From Vibrio vulnificus CMCP6 (GTDB lineage Bacteria > Pseudomonadota > Gammaproteobacteria > Enterobacterales > Vibrionaceae), in contig NC_004459.3 of the NCBI RefSeq assembly GCF_000039765.1, forward strand, positions 2,571,127 to 2,603,126: a stretch of 32,000 nt of DNA. The letters run 5' to 3'. The notes beneath the pieces were generated by a model, which was not told the origin of the DNA, searched no databases, and saw only the letters and a list, made by a program, of their open reading frames with translations. The first letter of the stretch is position 1. Every line of letters begins with the position of its first letter. Made by a program: the position numbers and the translations under genes. Shown here one piece after another: positions 23,085-32,000 of this stretch.

Positions 23085-24141
23085 GTAAATATAAAGTCCT
23101 TTTTATGTTGATCATTTGTTGTCTTTACAGTTTTCAACCAATGATAGAAGCAAATATGCAATTTCCGTGTTAATCAACATCCATAAAATTACCCAAGATA
23201 TCTCAATCCTAATAGAAAAGTGATCACATCTACCTTTCATATAGCTCATGATAGGATGTAAATAATTCCACCAATAAATATAACCGTAGCGTTTTAACTC
23301 ACGTTATAAAACATATTAGTCATCATTTGTAATTGATGAATTTGTTAATTTGGTTGGATGTGAAATTCTTCTGTTCGACATTATCAGAGCAAAATCAACG
23401 AAAGGCCATATAAAAAATGTCGCAATTAAGAGACGGATTGCGTAAAGTTTCATATCCTTTAATTGGTGCTTACTGCGGCTTTGTTTCTAAGTTCGAGTTC
23501 AATTAAAAACGCGCCTAGCATGGCTAATTGTAAGGTGATTAGCTTCGTTTCAGATATACCTAGCCTCGTAAGCCCATCCAATGTTTTGAGCATGGAGTAA
23601 TTCTAGCCAACGTGGCCGTTGTCATTTCTTAATCTGGCAGAACATCACCGTCTCTGAAAGCGAACGGCTATGGTGGCCATACTTATTTTTCCTATAATTA
23701 TTTGCACCATATAGCTGCTGGTGATCGACAGGTAAATTGCGAGGATGACCATGTTCCATAGAGTTGTCACTTGTCTCGCTGGAATTCACTGTTTGGCTCG
23801 TTTAATGAGAATCGCTTCGGAGCACAACTTAGTGTCATACACACTATCATCAGATATCTCTACGATTCTTTGTCGCGCCTGTTTGAACAAATTGGGGAGC
23901 ACTTCACCGGGCTGACATTTGGGGCAATGACTTCAGACGCTCCGAGCTTCCCACCTAAATCTGGCCCTTTGTTACGAATGGGGTGCTGTTGCAAATATTA
24001 GACAAATTTCAAGTTTGTGCATTCCTTATTTAAGTTTTTTCTAAAAAGCATCATATGCAACTGTGTTTTCTTCGCTTTTATTAGAAATGCCTACGCAAAT
24101 AGGGTTAATTACCGGCAGTTAACCGATATAAGGAATGAGAA

Positions 24142-24723
24142 GTGACTAGCATGGTGAGGAATTACAAGCAAATGGCTGTGTCATATTGCTTTATTACGCT
24201 TTGTATCTTGGCAATGAGCACTGGAGTTGGTGCTCAAGAACTAGAAGCAAAACAGGTATTAGCGGGTAAGTTGGTTATTCAGGTGCCAGCAGAGTTGCAA
24301 ACAATGCCCAAAGAGTTGATTGAAATTAAGTTTCCAAATTCCAACCGACCCACTGATGTGTTGAGTGATTCGACAGGTGGTGTGACTCTTGCGTTTAATC
24401 ATACTCAAAATGTTCTTTCGCCTAATCAAATCAGAGAAGCACATGGTGTCATCTCGAATATGTTTAAGAATAGGTATCCCTCAGCGACTTGGTTCAGAGA
24501 TGAAGTCAGTCCCCTAAACGGTCAAGAGTTTATCATCATGGAGTTGATCACTCCGGCCATAGATACTCAAATTCACAACATCATTTATGCAACATCCATA
24601 GACAATAGGCTTTTGTTTGTCGCGTTTAATACAACGGTAGAGCAGTCTGAACAATGGTTACCGGTTGGCAAACAAATCATGGCCTCAATACAAGTGGCTA
24701 AGTCGTCATTGTTAGTGGAGTAG
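24142..24723 (+). CDS. Secreted protein, unknown function
   Basis: 193 aa with a signal peptide (AVSYCFITLCILAMSTGVGAQE). The start is GTG 24142 or ATG 24151. Confidence 0.6.
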   Translation: MTSMVRNYKQMAVSYCFITLCILAMSTGVGAQELEAKQVLAGKLVIQVPAELQTMPKELIEIKFPNSNRPTDVLSDSTGGVTLAFNHTQNVLSPNQIREAHGVISNMFKNRYPSATWFRDEVSPLNGQEFIIMELITPAIDTQIHNIIYATSIDNRLLFVAFNTTVEQSEQWLPVGKQIMASIQVAKSSLLVE

Positions 24724-24730
24724 GGAAAGC

Positions 24731-25354
24731 ATGGATGCAGCATTTAATGAGAAAACACCTAAAAGCGCATTTATTCTAAAGGTCGTTGTGTTGATATTTT
24801 GTGTAGTGGTTATCGGTCAGACGAGCGCAATCTACCTCCCCGCAATAAATGGAAAATTACCAAACTTATCTTCGCTCTTAGGAATAGTGGCTTGCTATAT
24901 TGCACTGTTTAGTACGGGGGCTATGTTAATAAAGAGAAGTAAAGTTTGGTTCGGACTGCTTGGAATAATCGTTGGGGCTGTGGTTTTCTTTGGTGCTAGT
25001 TTTTTGGCAAGTTACGTTACCGCAAAAGATCGTGCTATCGATAGATCGGTGGTGGAAAGAAACAAAACTTTGCCAATGATGCTGGACGAATACACTCAAC
25101 TGGATAAGATCTCGGTGAATCATGAGAGCAAAGGGTACAATTTGCACTTATCGCTGATTGAACACTCAAAACTGGACATTGATGTCGAGGTTTTGAATGA
25201 ATTCTTTGACGTAGACATCAAACCCACTACCTGTTCAAATGAACAGTTAAGAATGCTTTTTGAGCTGGGCTATAGTATTAACTATCTCTATTTGGACAAA
25301 AACCAAGAACGTATTAACGACTATAATATTAGGCCAGAAGACTGTGGCATTTAA
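24731..25354 (+). CDS. Membrane protein (3 TM + C-terminal domain), unknown function
   Basis: 207 aa, starting 8 nt after the previous stop, so probably an operon. A hairpin terminator follows. Confidence 0.6.
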   Translation: MDAAFNEKTPKSAFILKVVVLIFCVVVIGQTSAIYLPAINGKLPNLSSLLGIVACYIALFSTGAMLIKRSKVWFGLLGIIVGAVVFFGASFLASYVTAKDRAIDRSVVERNKTLPMMLDEYTQLDKISVNHESKGYNLHLSLIEHSKLDIDVEVLNEFFDVDIKPTTCSNEQLRMLFELGYSINYLYLDKNQERINDYNIRPEDCGI

Positions 25355-25377
25355 GAGTCTAAAATCTTGGGATTAAA

Positions 25378-25412
25378 AAGCGCGATAGAATAGAAAAGTC
25401 GCGCTTTATTTC
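25378..25412. terminator. Bidirectional rho-independent terminator
   Basis: AAGCGCGA-13 nt loop-TCGCGCTT, flanked by an A-run upstream and TATTT downstream. It lies between convergent genes. Confidence 0.6.
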
Positions 25413-25455
25413 GTTGGTTTATTCAATCTTGTCGACTGAAAGCGAGGGCTAGTAA

Positions 25456-26826
25456 TTATCTCGCTTCATAATTCAACTGGATTTCATCATTTTGGCGGTG
25501 AAGCCAGTGTAGACGAACCCCCAACATAGCGGCCGCAGAAGATAAGCCGACGATGAATCCTATCCAGAAGCCTTGTGCCCCCATTGGTTCAACAATCCAA
25601 TCGGTAAGACCAAGAACATAACCAGTAGGTAGACCAAGTAACCAATAGGCGATAAATGTTCGGTTGAAGATCGCTCGCATGTCTTTATAACCACGTAGCG
25701 CACCAGCGGCGATAACTTGTATCGCATCGGTACATTGATAAATAGCGGTAAAGATCAACAACTGCATCGCTAAGGTGATAACCACTCGGTTATCGGTATA
25801 GAGGAGAGCGATTTGCTCTCTCAGAATAACCGTCAGTAAAGCGGTAAACACTGCAGTTGAAAGACCAACTAAGATACCGACATGAGAAGCAATGCGAGCG
25901 CCTTCTGTCGATTTTTCACCAAGCATATGCCCAACACGGATACTGGTTGCTGCGCCAATACTCATAGGTAACATGAACACCAATGAAGAAAAGTTAATGG
26001 CAACTTGGTGTGCTGCAACGACAGTAGAACCCAATGGCGCAACCAACAAAGCGACGACCGCAAACAGAGTCACCTCGAAGAAAAGTGCGGCAGCGACCGG
26101 AAAGCCAAGTTTAAATAGCTTAACTTGCGCATTTAGCTGTGGTGGATGAAACGTAGTAAACAATTGAACCTGCCTTAGTCTATGTGACGTTGTCACATAA
26201 AACAGTAGCAACAAAAACATGATCCAATACACTATGGCTGTGGCGACGCCACAACCTACACCACCAAGGGCTGGCGCACCCAATTTACCGTAAACGAACA
26301 TCCAGTTCAGTGGAATATTCAATAGTAAGCCAATGAAACCGATCACCATGGCAGGTTTTGTTAAAGACAAACCATCAGTCAAACTGCGCAGTGTTTGAAA
26401 CAATAGAAAAGCAGGTACGGCAAACATCACAGCGTGTATATAACCAATGGTTTTGGTCGCCATTACCGCATCGACATTCATGTAACCGAGTATCCACTGA
26501 GTTTGAAACAATACGCCAATGATCGGGATACTGATCAATAGGGCCATAACCGCGCCTTGTTGAATTTCAAAAGGGACTTGCTCTCTTTTGCCTGCACCAT
26601 TGAGCTGAGCGACAACAGGGACCAGTGCCATCAATAGCCCAATACCAAACAAAATAGAAGGCAGCCAGATACTTGCTGCGACAGAAACTGCAGCCATGTC
26701 CGTTGCACTGACGCCACCCGCCATCACGGTGTCCACAAAACCCATACCGGTTTGAGCAACAGATGCAATCAAAACTGGTGTGGCGAGCTTAATCAAATTA
26801 GAAGCTTCTTTTTTATAGCGATGCAC
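25456..26826 (-). CDS. norM: MATE-family multidrug efflux pump NorM
   Basis: 456 aa from GTG 26826 with RBS GGAG. Near-colinear with the Vibrio parahaemolyticus NorM sequence as I recall it (HRYKKEASNLIKLATPVLIASVAQTGMGFVDTVMAGG...). The track ORF is 27 codons longer. Confidence 0.9.
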   Translation of the reverse strand: MHRYKKEASNLIKLATPVLIASVAQTGMGFVDTVMAGGVSATDMAAVSVAASIWLPSILFGIGLLMALVPVVAQLNGAGKREQVPFEIQQGAVMALLISIPIIGVLFQTQWILGYMNVDAVMATKTIGYIHAVMFAVPAFLLFQTLRSLTDGLSLTKPAMVIGFIGLLLNIPLNWMFVYGKLGAPALGGVGCGVATAIVYWIMFLLLLFYVTTSHRLRQVQLFTTFHPPQLNAQVKLFKLGFPVAAALFFEVTLFAVVALLVAPLGSTVVAAHQVAINFSSLVFMLPMSIGAATSIRVGHMLGEKSTEGARIASHVGILVGLSTAVFTALLTVILREQIALLYTDNRVVITLAMQLLIFTAIYQCTDAIQVIAAGALRGYKDMRAIFNRTFIAYWLLGLPTGYVLGLTDWIVEPMGAQGFWIGFIVGLSSAAAMLGVRLHWLHRQNDEIQLNYEAR

Positions 26827-27061
26827 GTTAACTCCAATGTTTAAGAAAAAGATAAATATGCTAAGCGTGCGAGGCACGTTGGGACGTTTTCGATCGGCAA
26901 AGACCACAAAAGTGGTTTATGAGGCGCTAAAAAACAGTAGTTGCACAACCTAAACTAAGGGGGCAGTATGGAAATCCGACGGTGCTTGGCGCTTAAGGCA
27001 TATTCCACCGTGATAATAATGGAATCTCATATTTCAGGCTACAGAAAAGAAGGTAACTTAG

Positions 27062-27682
27062 ATGTTTACAGGCATAGTACAAGGTACGGCAGAGGTTGTT
27101 ATCATTGAGGCAAAAGAGTCATTTCAAACTCATACCATTCGCTTATGTGGTGAGATGCTTAGTGGCTTGGCCATTGGTGCTTCAGTGGCACACAATGGAT
27201 GTTGTCTGACGGTGACAAAGATAGCAGATGATCTTGTCAGCTTTGATTTAATGCAAGCAACACTCAAGTTAACCAACTTAGGAACGCTTCGTGTTGGCGA
27301 TCGAGTCAACATTGAGAGAGCGGCAAAGTTTGGGGATGAAATTGGTGGTCACTCAATGTCGGGCCACATCAGTACCACGGCAACGATCGATCAAATCATC
27401 GACACACCAAATAACCGCACCATTTGGTTCAAACTGCCTTACGATGATGCGATGAAATACATATTGGCGAAAGGCTACATAGGCGTAGATGGTTGCTCGT
27501 TAACGATTGGGGAAGTCGAAGCAGAGCGTTTTAGTGTGCATCTCATTCCAGAAACATTAAATCGAACTCTGTTTGGTCAGCGTAACGTTGGGGAAAGCGT
27601 GAATATCGAGTTTGATCCGCAAACCCAAGCGATTGTTGACACGGTTGAACGTGTACTTATGTCTAAAGGTGTCGTTGCTTAA
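27062..27682 (+). CDS. ribE: Riboflavin synthase (alpha chain)
   Basis: 206 aa. Contains [10 protein letters not shown]...[14 protein letters not shown]...SFDLM.ETL..TNLG.L.VGD.VN.ERA.KF.DEIGGH.MSGH...[15 protein letters not shown]. This gene is named ribC in E. coli K-12. Confidence 0.9.
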   Translation: MFTGIVQGTAEVVIIEAKESFQTHTIRLCGEMLSGLAIGASVAHNGCCLTVTKIADDLVSFDLMQATLKLTNLGTLRVGDRVNIERAAKFGDEIGGHSMSGHISTTATIDQIIDTPNNRTIWFKLPYDDAMKYILAKGYIGVDGCSLTIGEVEAERFSVHLIPETLNRTLFGQRNVGESVNIEFDPQTQAIVDTVERVLMSKGVVA

Positions 27683-27709
27683 GCGACACCAATCCACCAG
27701 CCAATATAA

Positions 27710-27913
27710 CTAGAAGACTTGTTCGTCGTCGGCATCGACGATGAGATTAATGGTGTCGTGCAGTTCATCCACCATCATGTTTAAATGAATGGCATGACAA
27801 CATGCAGGGCAATCATCATAAAACTCCTGGTCGCCATTGCTGGCGTCTAGAGTAATTCCGATTTTGTGGCCGCAGTGTGGGCACGCAAATTTCTTCTCAG
27901 TGTAGTTACGCAT
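27710..27913 (-). CDS. CPXCG-motif cysteine-rich (zinc-ribbon) protein
   Basis: 67 aa with motifs CPHCG and CPACC. Confidence 0.75.
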   Translation of the reverse strand: MRNYTEKKFACPHCGHKIGITLDASNGDQEFYDDCPACCHAIHLNMMVDELHDTINLIVDADDEQVF

Positions 27914-28146
27914 ACATCTTATTCCTTACGTCTAACCTGTCTAACTTAGGGAGCTACGCTTTGGGTTTAGTGCTTCCTATACCACGACATACCAAGCTTG
28001 GGTGTTCGTTTTCATAGTAGGCAGAGAAGTTGCTATTTGGGCCGAATTAAGTACGAAACTTGACTATTAACTCAATATTGAAACGCTTTCTTAGAGTTGA
28101 TAGTGATGTGCGTCGAAAATTGCATGGCGCACATCTGAAAACAACG

Positions 28147-29013
28147 TTAGTAGGAAAGGATTTTGTCGATCGATTTTTGTGCCTGCTCTAAATAGTGGCC
28201 GCCAAATTGGTTACAGTGATTGAGAATATGATAAAGATTGTAGATCTCTTTGCGCTGAGTATAACCGAAAGGAAGTGGTGCAATATCTTCGTAGCCACGA
28301 TAAAACTCAGCGTTAAATCCACCAAAAAGTTCCGTCATCGCAATATCACATTCGCGGTCTCCCCAGTAACAGGCTGGGTCATAACAAATAGGCCCAAAGG
28401 CAGACAAAGCCACATTACCATGCCACAAATCGCCGTGAATGAGAGAGGGGCGGGGATTGTGGTTAAGTAACTGCCGAGCAACAACTTCAACAATCTCATC
28501 AATCACTCCGAATGTGACCCCTTTTTCTTTCAGCAGTTGCAATTGCCAGCCTATTCGTTGCTCTGAGAAAAAGGTAGACCACTTCTTATGCCACGCATTG
28601 GGTTGCAAAGTCGCACCTAAGTAGTTGTCTTGATCGCAGCCATACTCTTTCTGTTCTCCCCAAAGATGAAGATAAGCCAATTGTTGACCAAATTTATAGC
28701 TGTTCTCGGTATCTTCAAGGGGCTTTGTCGGGAGGAAATTAAGGATGATAAATGCGTTGGATTTGGTATTACCAATCAAAACCAACTCAGGTAGGGTGAC
28801 GCTGTCGGTTTGGCGAAGCAAACGCAGGTTTTCGGCTTCAACTTGGAACTTGCTTAAAAAGTCTTTTGAGTTGATCTTAACGAAATAGCGCTGCTCACCA
28901 TCGCTGATCATATAGCATTCATTGATGTCGCCACCAGACAAATGCACTTTTTCAACGATATCGTAGGAAAACATTAAGGTTTCAGAAAGCTGTTGAGAAA
29001 TGGCCTGCCACAT
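28147..29013 (-). CDS. Fructosamine/ketosamine kinase family protein (YniA-like)
   Basis: 288 aa from ATG 29013 with RBS AGAGAGGA. Contains LSGGDIN..Y...DG...FVK and the kinase motifs LIHGDLW.GN and YDPA.YWGDRE.D. Confidence 0.85.
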   Translation of the reverse strand: MWQAISQQLSETLMFSYDIVEKVHLSGGDINECYMISDGEQRYFVKINSKDFLSKFQVEAENLRLLRQTDSVTLPELVLIGNTKSNAFIILNFLPTKPLEDTENSYKFGQQLAYLHLWGEQKEYGCDQDNYLGATLQPNAWHKKWSTFFSEQRIGWQLQLLKEKGVTFGVIDEIVEVVARQLLNHNPRPSLIHGDLWHGNVALSAFGPICYDPACYWGDRECDIAMTELFGGFNAEFYRGYEDIAPLPFGYTQRKEIYNLYHILNHCNQFGGHYLEQAQKSIDKILSY

Positions 29014-29240
29014 AGTCGTCCTCTCTTTTTGATAACCGCACATCTAATAGTTTAATTCATAACTCAATTTCGGATTTGGTTAACTGACAAACTTTTCAAA
29101 CATTGTGATTATTTTGAATCGCGAATTAACACAACTGTGAATCGAGTCGCTTAGTCATCGCTAATTTAGTGGCTTCGGCACTAGAGCATTTATTATTCGA
29201 CAAGTATCATTCAGTTTTTGATGTTGGTTCCAATAGTGGT

Positions 29241-30206
29241 ATGAAAATCCTAATCTGTGACGATTCGGCAGTAGCCAGAAAATCAATCAGTCGTTCCATT
29301 GTGTGCGACAGAGCGATTCATCTAATCGAAGCTCGAGATGGCTACGAAGCTTTGCAGATCATGATGGAACAAAATATTGATCTTTTGTTTCTTGATCTGA
29401 CGATGCCAATCATGGATGGATTCGAGTTACTCGCTTCACTTCCTGTCAGCCAACATCACACTGATGTCATTGTCATTTCAGGAGATGTTCAAGCCGAAGC
29501 GAAACAACGCTGTCTTGAGTTAGGTGCGTTCGCGTTTGTATCTAAACCGTTTTCTAAAAGAGAAATTGAACCGTTCTTTAGCCAATTCGGTTTGCAATAC
29601 GCCGACCCACATTCAAAACCAGAACTTTCCGCTGATCCTAAACTCACATCATTTTCGAAATTCAAAGAGCTCACCAACATTGCACTTGGCAAAGGGGCCG
29701 CCATTATGGCAGATCACCTTAACGAGTTTATTCAACTGCCAGTACCGAATGTTGGTCCGCTGACCTATGGTGAACTCTATATGACCATGGTGGACGTGAT
29801 TAAACGAGAGGGTGCCGTCGCGGTTTCACAACGTTTTGTCGGTGGTGGTATCCATGGCGAGGCGCTGGTTTGTTTATGGGGACGCGATATTGATGTGATT
29901 GGCCAAAAGTTGGGTTATCACCAAGACTTTACCACTCACAACGAGATCATCCTTAACGTCTCCAACTTGCTCGTTTCGTCTTTTTTGACCTCACTTGGTA
30001 GCCAACTCGACAAGCAATTTTCGTTACGACAGCCGGCCATTATCGATAGTTTTTCAGCCATAGGAGACAGCGAAAAAGAGTCTCAAGAGCTTTTTACTGT
30101 CGAATACACCTATTTTGCTGAATCACTGGATTTCGAATGTGAGGTTTTATTTCTCATTGATAAACCTTCCGTTGGTATTATCTACGAAATTATGGAGTCA
30201 CTATGA
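29241..30206 (+). CDS. Response regulator: REC domain + CheC/CheX-like C-terminal domain
   Basis: REC domain: MKILICDDS...DLLFLDLTMPIMDG...VSKPF. The C-terminus (FKELTNIALGKGAAIMADHLNEFIQLPVPNV) resembles the CheC-family E..NI..G.AA signature. The start is taken at ATG 29241; the track uses GTG 29169. Confidence 0.75.
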   Translation: MKILICDDSAVARKSISRSIVCDRAIHLIEARDGYEALQIMMEQNIDLLFLDLTMPIMDGFELLASLPVSQHHTDVIVISGDVQAEAKQRCLELGAFAFVSKPFSKREIEPFFSQFGLQYADPHSKPELSADPKLTSFSKFKELTNIALGKGAAIMADHLNEFIQLPVPNVGPLTYGELYMTMVDVIKREGAVAVSQRFVGGGIHGEALVCLWGRDIDVIGQKLGYHQDFTTHNEIILNVSNLLVSSFLTSLGSQLDKQFSLRQPAIIDSFSAIGDSEKESQELFTVEYTYFAESLDFECEVLFLIDKPSVGIIYEIMESL

Positions 30207-31165
30207 ACTCTGATCTCACGTTAAATATCGCCGATTTTCACTGGGTGACGCAGATACTCGATACTATGGACTCTGGACTGGTGGTGATTGACCGCTCTTA
30301 CAACGTCTGTGTTTGGAACAGCTTCATGCAATCCTATAGTGGCGTTATGTCTCAGACAATCTTGGGTAAGAATCTCTTTGAGTTTTTTTCTGATTTACCT
30401 CGTACTTGGTTAGAAACTAAGGTCAATACCGCCGCAATATTGGAAACTCGCTCTTTCTCGAGTTGGGAAAACCGTCCTTATCTTTTCAAGTTTCATAACT
30501 TTTCACCTGTTTCCAATGGCAGTACCTACATGTATCAGGATATTGTCATTACACCATTGCGCTCACTGTGTGGTGACGTTAGCCATGTCGCCATTCAAAT
30601 TAATGACGTTTCTGAAATTGCACGCAGTAAAACGCATTTGAAAGAAACCAACCACCATCTATCAGAAATCAGCCGTCGCGATGGCTTAACGGGCCTGTTT
30701 AACCGCGCCTTTTGGGAGCAGTCGCTCAAAGAAGAGTTTTCTCGGATGCAGTTTTTGGACACGCCGAGCTCTTTGGTCATTTTTGATATTGACCACTTTA
30801 AAAAAGTCAACGATACCTATGGGCATCACGCAGGTGATGAGGTAATACGTAGGACCGCATCTTTACTGAAGAAAACCGCGAGAAACAGTGATCTGTGTGG
30901 TCGATTTGGTGGCGAAGAGTTTACGGTTATGCTGCCTCATACCAGCGCTGATCAGGCGCGTTATTTTTCAGAGCGGTTACGAAAACGTATTGAGCAAGAA
31001 ATTGTTTGCGTGGAAAAATTTGCGATTAATTACACCATCAGTTTGGGTGTCTGTGAATTTGATGCAAAATTCACCTCTCATACTGAGTGGCTAAAAGCGG
31101 CAGACAGTGCGTTATATCACTCAAAAGAAGGGGGCAGGAACCAAACGACCGTTCATGAAGAGTGA
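30203..31165 (+). CDS. PAS-GGDEF diguanylate cyclase (GGEEF active site, RxxD I-site)
   Basis: 320 aa. Contains RDGLTGLFNR, FDIDHFKKVNDTYGHHAGD and RNSDLCGRFGGEEF. Overlaps the upstream gene by ATGA. Confidence 0.9.
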   Translation: MNSDLTLNIADFHWVTQILDTMDSGLVVIDRSYNVCVWNSFMQSYSGVMSQTILGKNLFEFFSDLPRTWLETKVNTAAILETRSFSSWENRPYLFKFHNFSPVSNGSTYMYQDIVITPLRSLCGDVSHVAIQINDVSEIARSKTHLKETNHHLSEISRRDGLTGLFNRAFWEQSLKEEFSRMQFLDTPSSLVIFDIDHFKKVNDTYGHHAGDEVIRRTASLLKKTARNSDLCGRFGGEEFTVMLPHTSADQARYFSERLRKRIEQEIVCVEKFAINYTISLGVCEFDAKFTSHTEWLKAADSALYHSKEGGRNQTTVHEE

Positions 31166-31322
31166 TCTTTGTTCGCTTTTGGTGCAAAGTCCGCCATATA
31201 GTCAAATTCTGGCAATTATAATTGATTAAATGGATGAAATTTTCTCGACATGGCTTAGTATTAACAGAGAGAAAAAAGATGTAAGCTTACACAGTAAGTA
31301 AGCATTCAGACGGAGAAAAAGA

Positions 31323-31667
31323 GTGGTTGTTGAAACCGATGGATACTTAGCTCTTATTGAGCACCTTGCCTTAAATCTTGATGTATTCGCGTCTGACGTT
31401 GGCGATACGGGCACAGAAACCATTGAAGATGTGGTGACAGACATGATCGCCTCAAACATCATGGCGATTTTTGAACAGAACCCAGAGCTGCATTCTAGCG
31501 TTCGCTTTAAACTGTTAAAAGAAGCGGATTCAGTCGCAGAAGATCTAGGAGAAGTTCTGGCAGGGGTATGGCTCAAAAAAGCCACTAATGAACAGATCAA
31601 CTTTTTAGATGAGTATATTGCTTTAGTAAAAAATCTGTTCGATACCGCTGTAGCAAAATACGACTAA
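31323..31667 (+). CDS. Conserved acidic hypothetical protein
   Basis: 114 aa with a GTG start after GGAGAAAAAGA. The coding-like composition contrasts with the Ser-rich antisense ORF. Confidence 0.6.
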   Translation: MVVETDGYLALIEHLALNLDVFASDVGDTGTETIEDVVTDMIASNIMAIFEQNPELHSSVRFKLLKEADSVAEDLGEVLAGVWLKKATNEQINFLDEYIALVKNLFDTAVAKYD

Positions 31668-31709
31668 GCCGTAATATTCGCTGATTTGTTTTTAGTCCGC
31701 ACTATTCAT

Positions 31710-31736
31710 AAGAAGGGTTACATTGTAACCCTTCTT
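31710..31736. terminator. Palindromic hairpin between convergent genes
   Basis: AAGAAGGGTTACA-T-TGTAACCCTTCTT, followed by ATTT. It overlaps the last codons of the NlpC/P60 gene. Confidence 0.5.
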
Positions 31737-32000
31737 ATTTGCCAAAACTTACTCGCCCAATATGGATTATCCGTTCTCGAAATGATGACCCCTTTTGAAG
31801 TGGACGCGTGCATGAACTGCTGGTGGTTGAGATAGATCCCCACGTGATAATCGGATTTCGTTGTTTTGAAGAATAGTAGATCGCCTTGTTGCCTCTCTTC
31901 CCAACGTATCGGTTGGGAAGCATTAAACTGTGCCAAGGTCGTTCTTGGTAGCGCTCGTTGATAGGCGTAGAGAAACGCTTGTTGTACAAAAGCAGAGCAA
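31718..32000 (-). CDS. NlpC/P60-family peptidoglycan endopeptidase, C-terminal part (5' end off-window)
   Basis: The frame is open to the window edge: CSAFVQQAFLYAYQRALPRTTLAQ...GDLLFFK...HVGIYLNHQQFMHAS.SKGV.IS...NPYW...F. This is the catalytic Cys/His pattern of NlpC/P60. Confidence 0.8.
   Translation of the reverse strand, partial: CSAFVQQAFLYAYQRALPRTTLAQFNASQPIRWEERQQGDLLFFKTTKSDYHVGIYLNHQQFMHASTSKGVIISRTDNPYWASKFWQIRRVTM

Noticed and set aside
23771-24001. 76-aa + strand ORF in the AT-rich gap
   Set aside because: TTG start, no RBS and odd composition (ends GCCCKY). It sits in a region that looks like decayed sequence.
26958-27015. FMN-riboswitch-like fragment (GGGGCAGTATGGAAATCCGACGGTG ... 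CACCGTG) upstream of riboflavin synthase
   Set aside because: It resembles parts of the RFN consensus (GGGGCAGGGTGAAATTCCC / GCCGACAGT). The ~130-nt intergenic region is too short to hold the six-helix element, and several invariant blocks are missing. An Infernal scan with RF00050 would settle it.
27668-27690. Hairpin GGTGTCG-9 nt-CGACACC at the ribE stop as a terminator
   Set aside because: The stem is short and there is no convincing T-tract on either strand, so it was not reported as a feature.

Overview
The first ~20.25 kb is the distal part of a Vibrio-type sedentary chromosomal integron (superintegron) cassette array. The remaining ~11.7 kb is flanking chromosome.

Array (187-20252):
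- I count 25 VCR-like attC sites. Most are ~120 bp, running from (A/C)TAACAA to GCGTTAT/GCGTTAG; one is a 93-bp variant and the last is truncated.
- All attC sites share one orientation. intI/attI should therefore lie upstream, off the left edge; no integrase is visible in the window.
- Most cassettes carry a single short + strand ORF: ASCH, TIR, CSD-Excalibur, tautomerase-like, three GNATs, VOC/glyoxalase, and many small membrane or unknown proteins.
- Two toxin-antitoxin cassettes are present: a reverse-oriented GNAT/RHH pair and a forward Phd/YefM-ParE/RelE pair.
- Six cassettes form a recurrent gene-less (ORF-less) family of ~350 bp.

Mobile elements:
- Three copies of a 1091-1092 bp IS30-family element, one with a frameshifted transposase gene. 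Each copy ends exactly 4 nt before an attC and all three have the same orientation.
- One IS3-family element abuts the 3' end of attC-24.
- A decayed IS3-family remnant truncates the last attC at 20252/20253, which defines the array end.

Downstream flank:
- An AT-rich segment holds a 730-aa IgaA-like membrane protein and two unknown envelope proteins.
- Core genes follow: norM, riboflavin synthase, a CPXCG protein, a fructosamine-kinase-family gene, a REC/CheC-like plus PAS-GGDEF pair, and an NlpC/P60 fragment.

Leads, in order of interest:
1. The stand-alone TIR-domain cassette with an unusual Ser/Tyr/Gly-rich N-terminus.
2. The position-conserved gene-less cassette family.
3. The attC-adjacent, orientation-locked IS30 insertions.
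4. Several orphan cassettes at 6132-6878, 12011-12508 and 12663-13644.

All functional calls come from motif recognition by eye. No database search was run.
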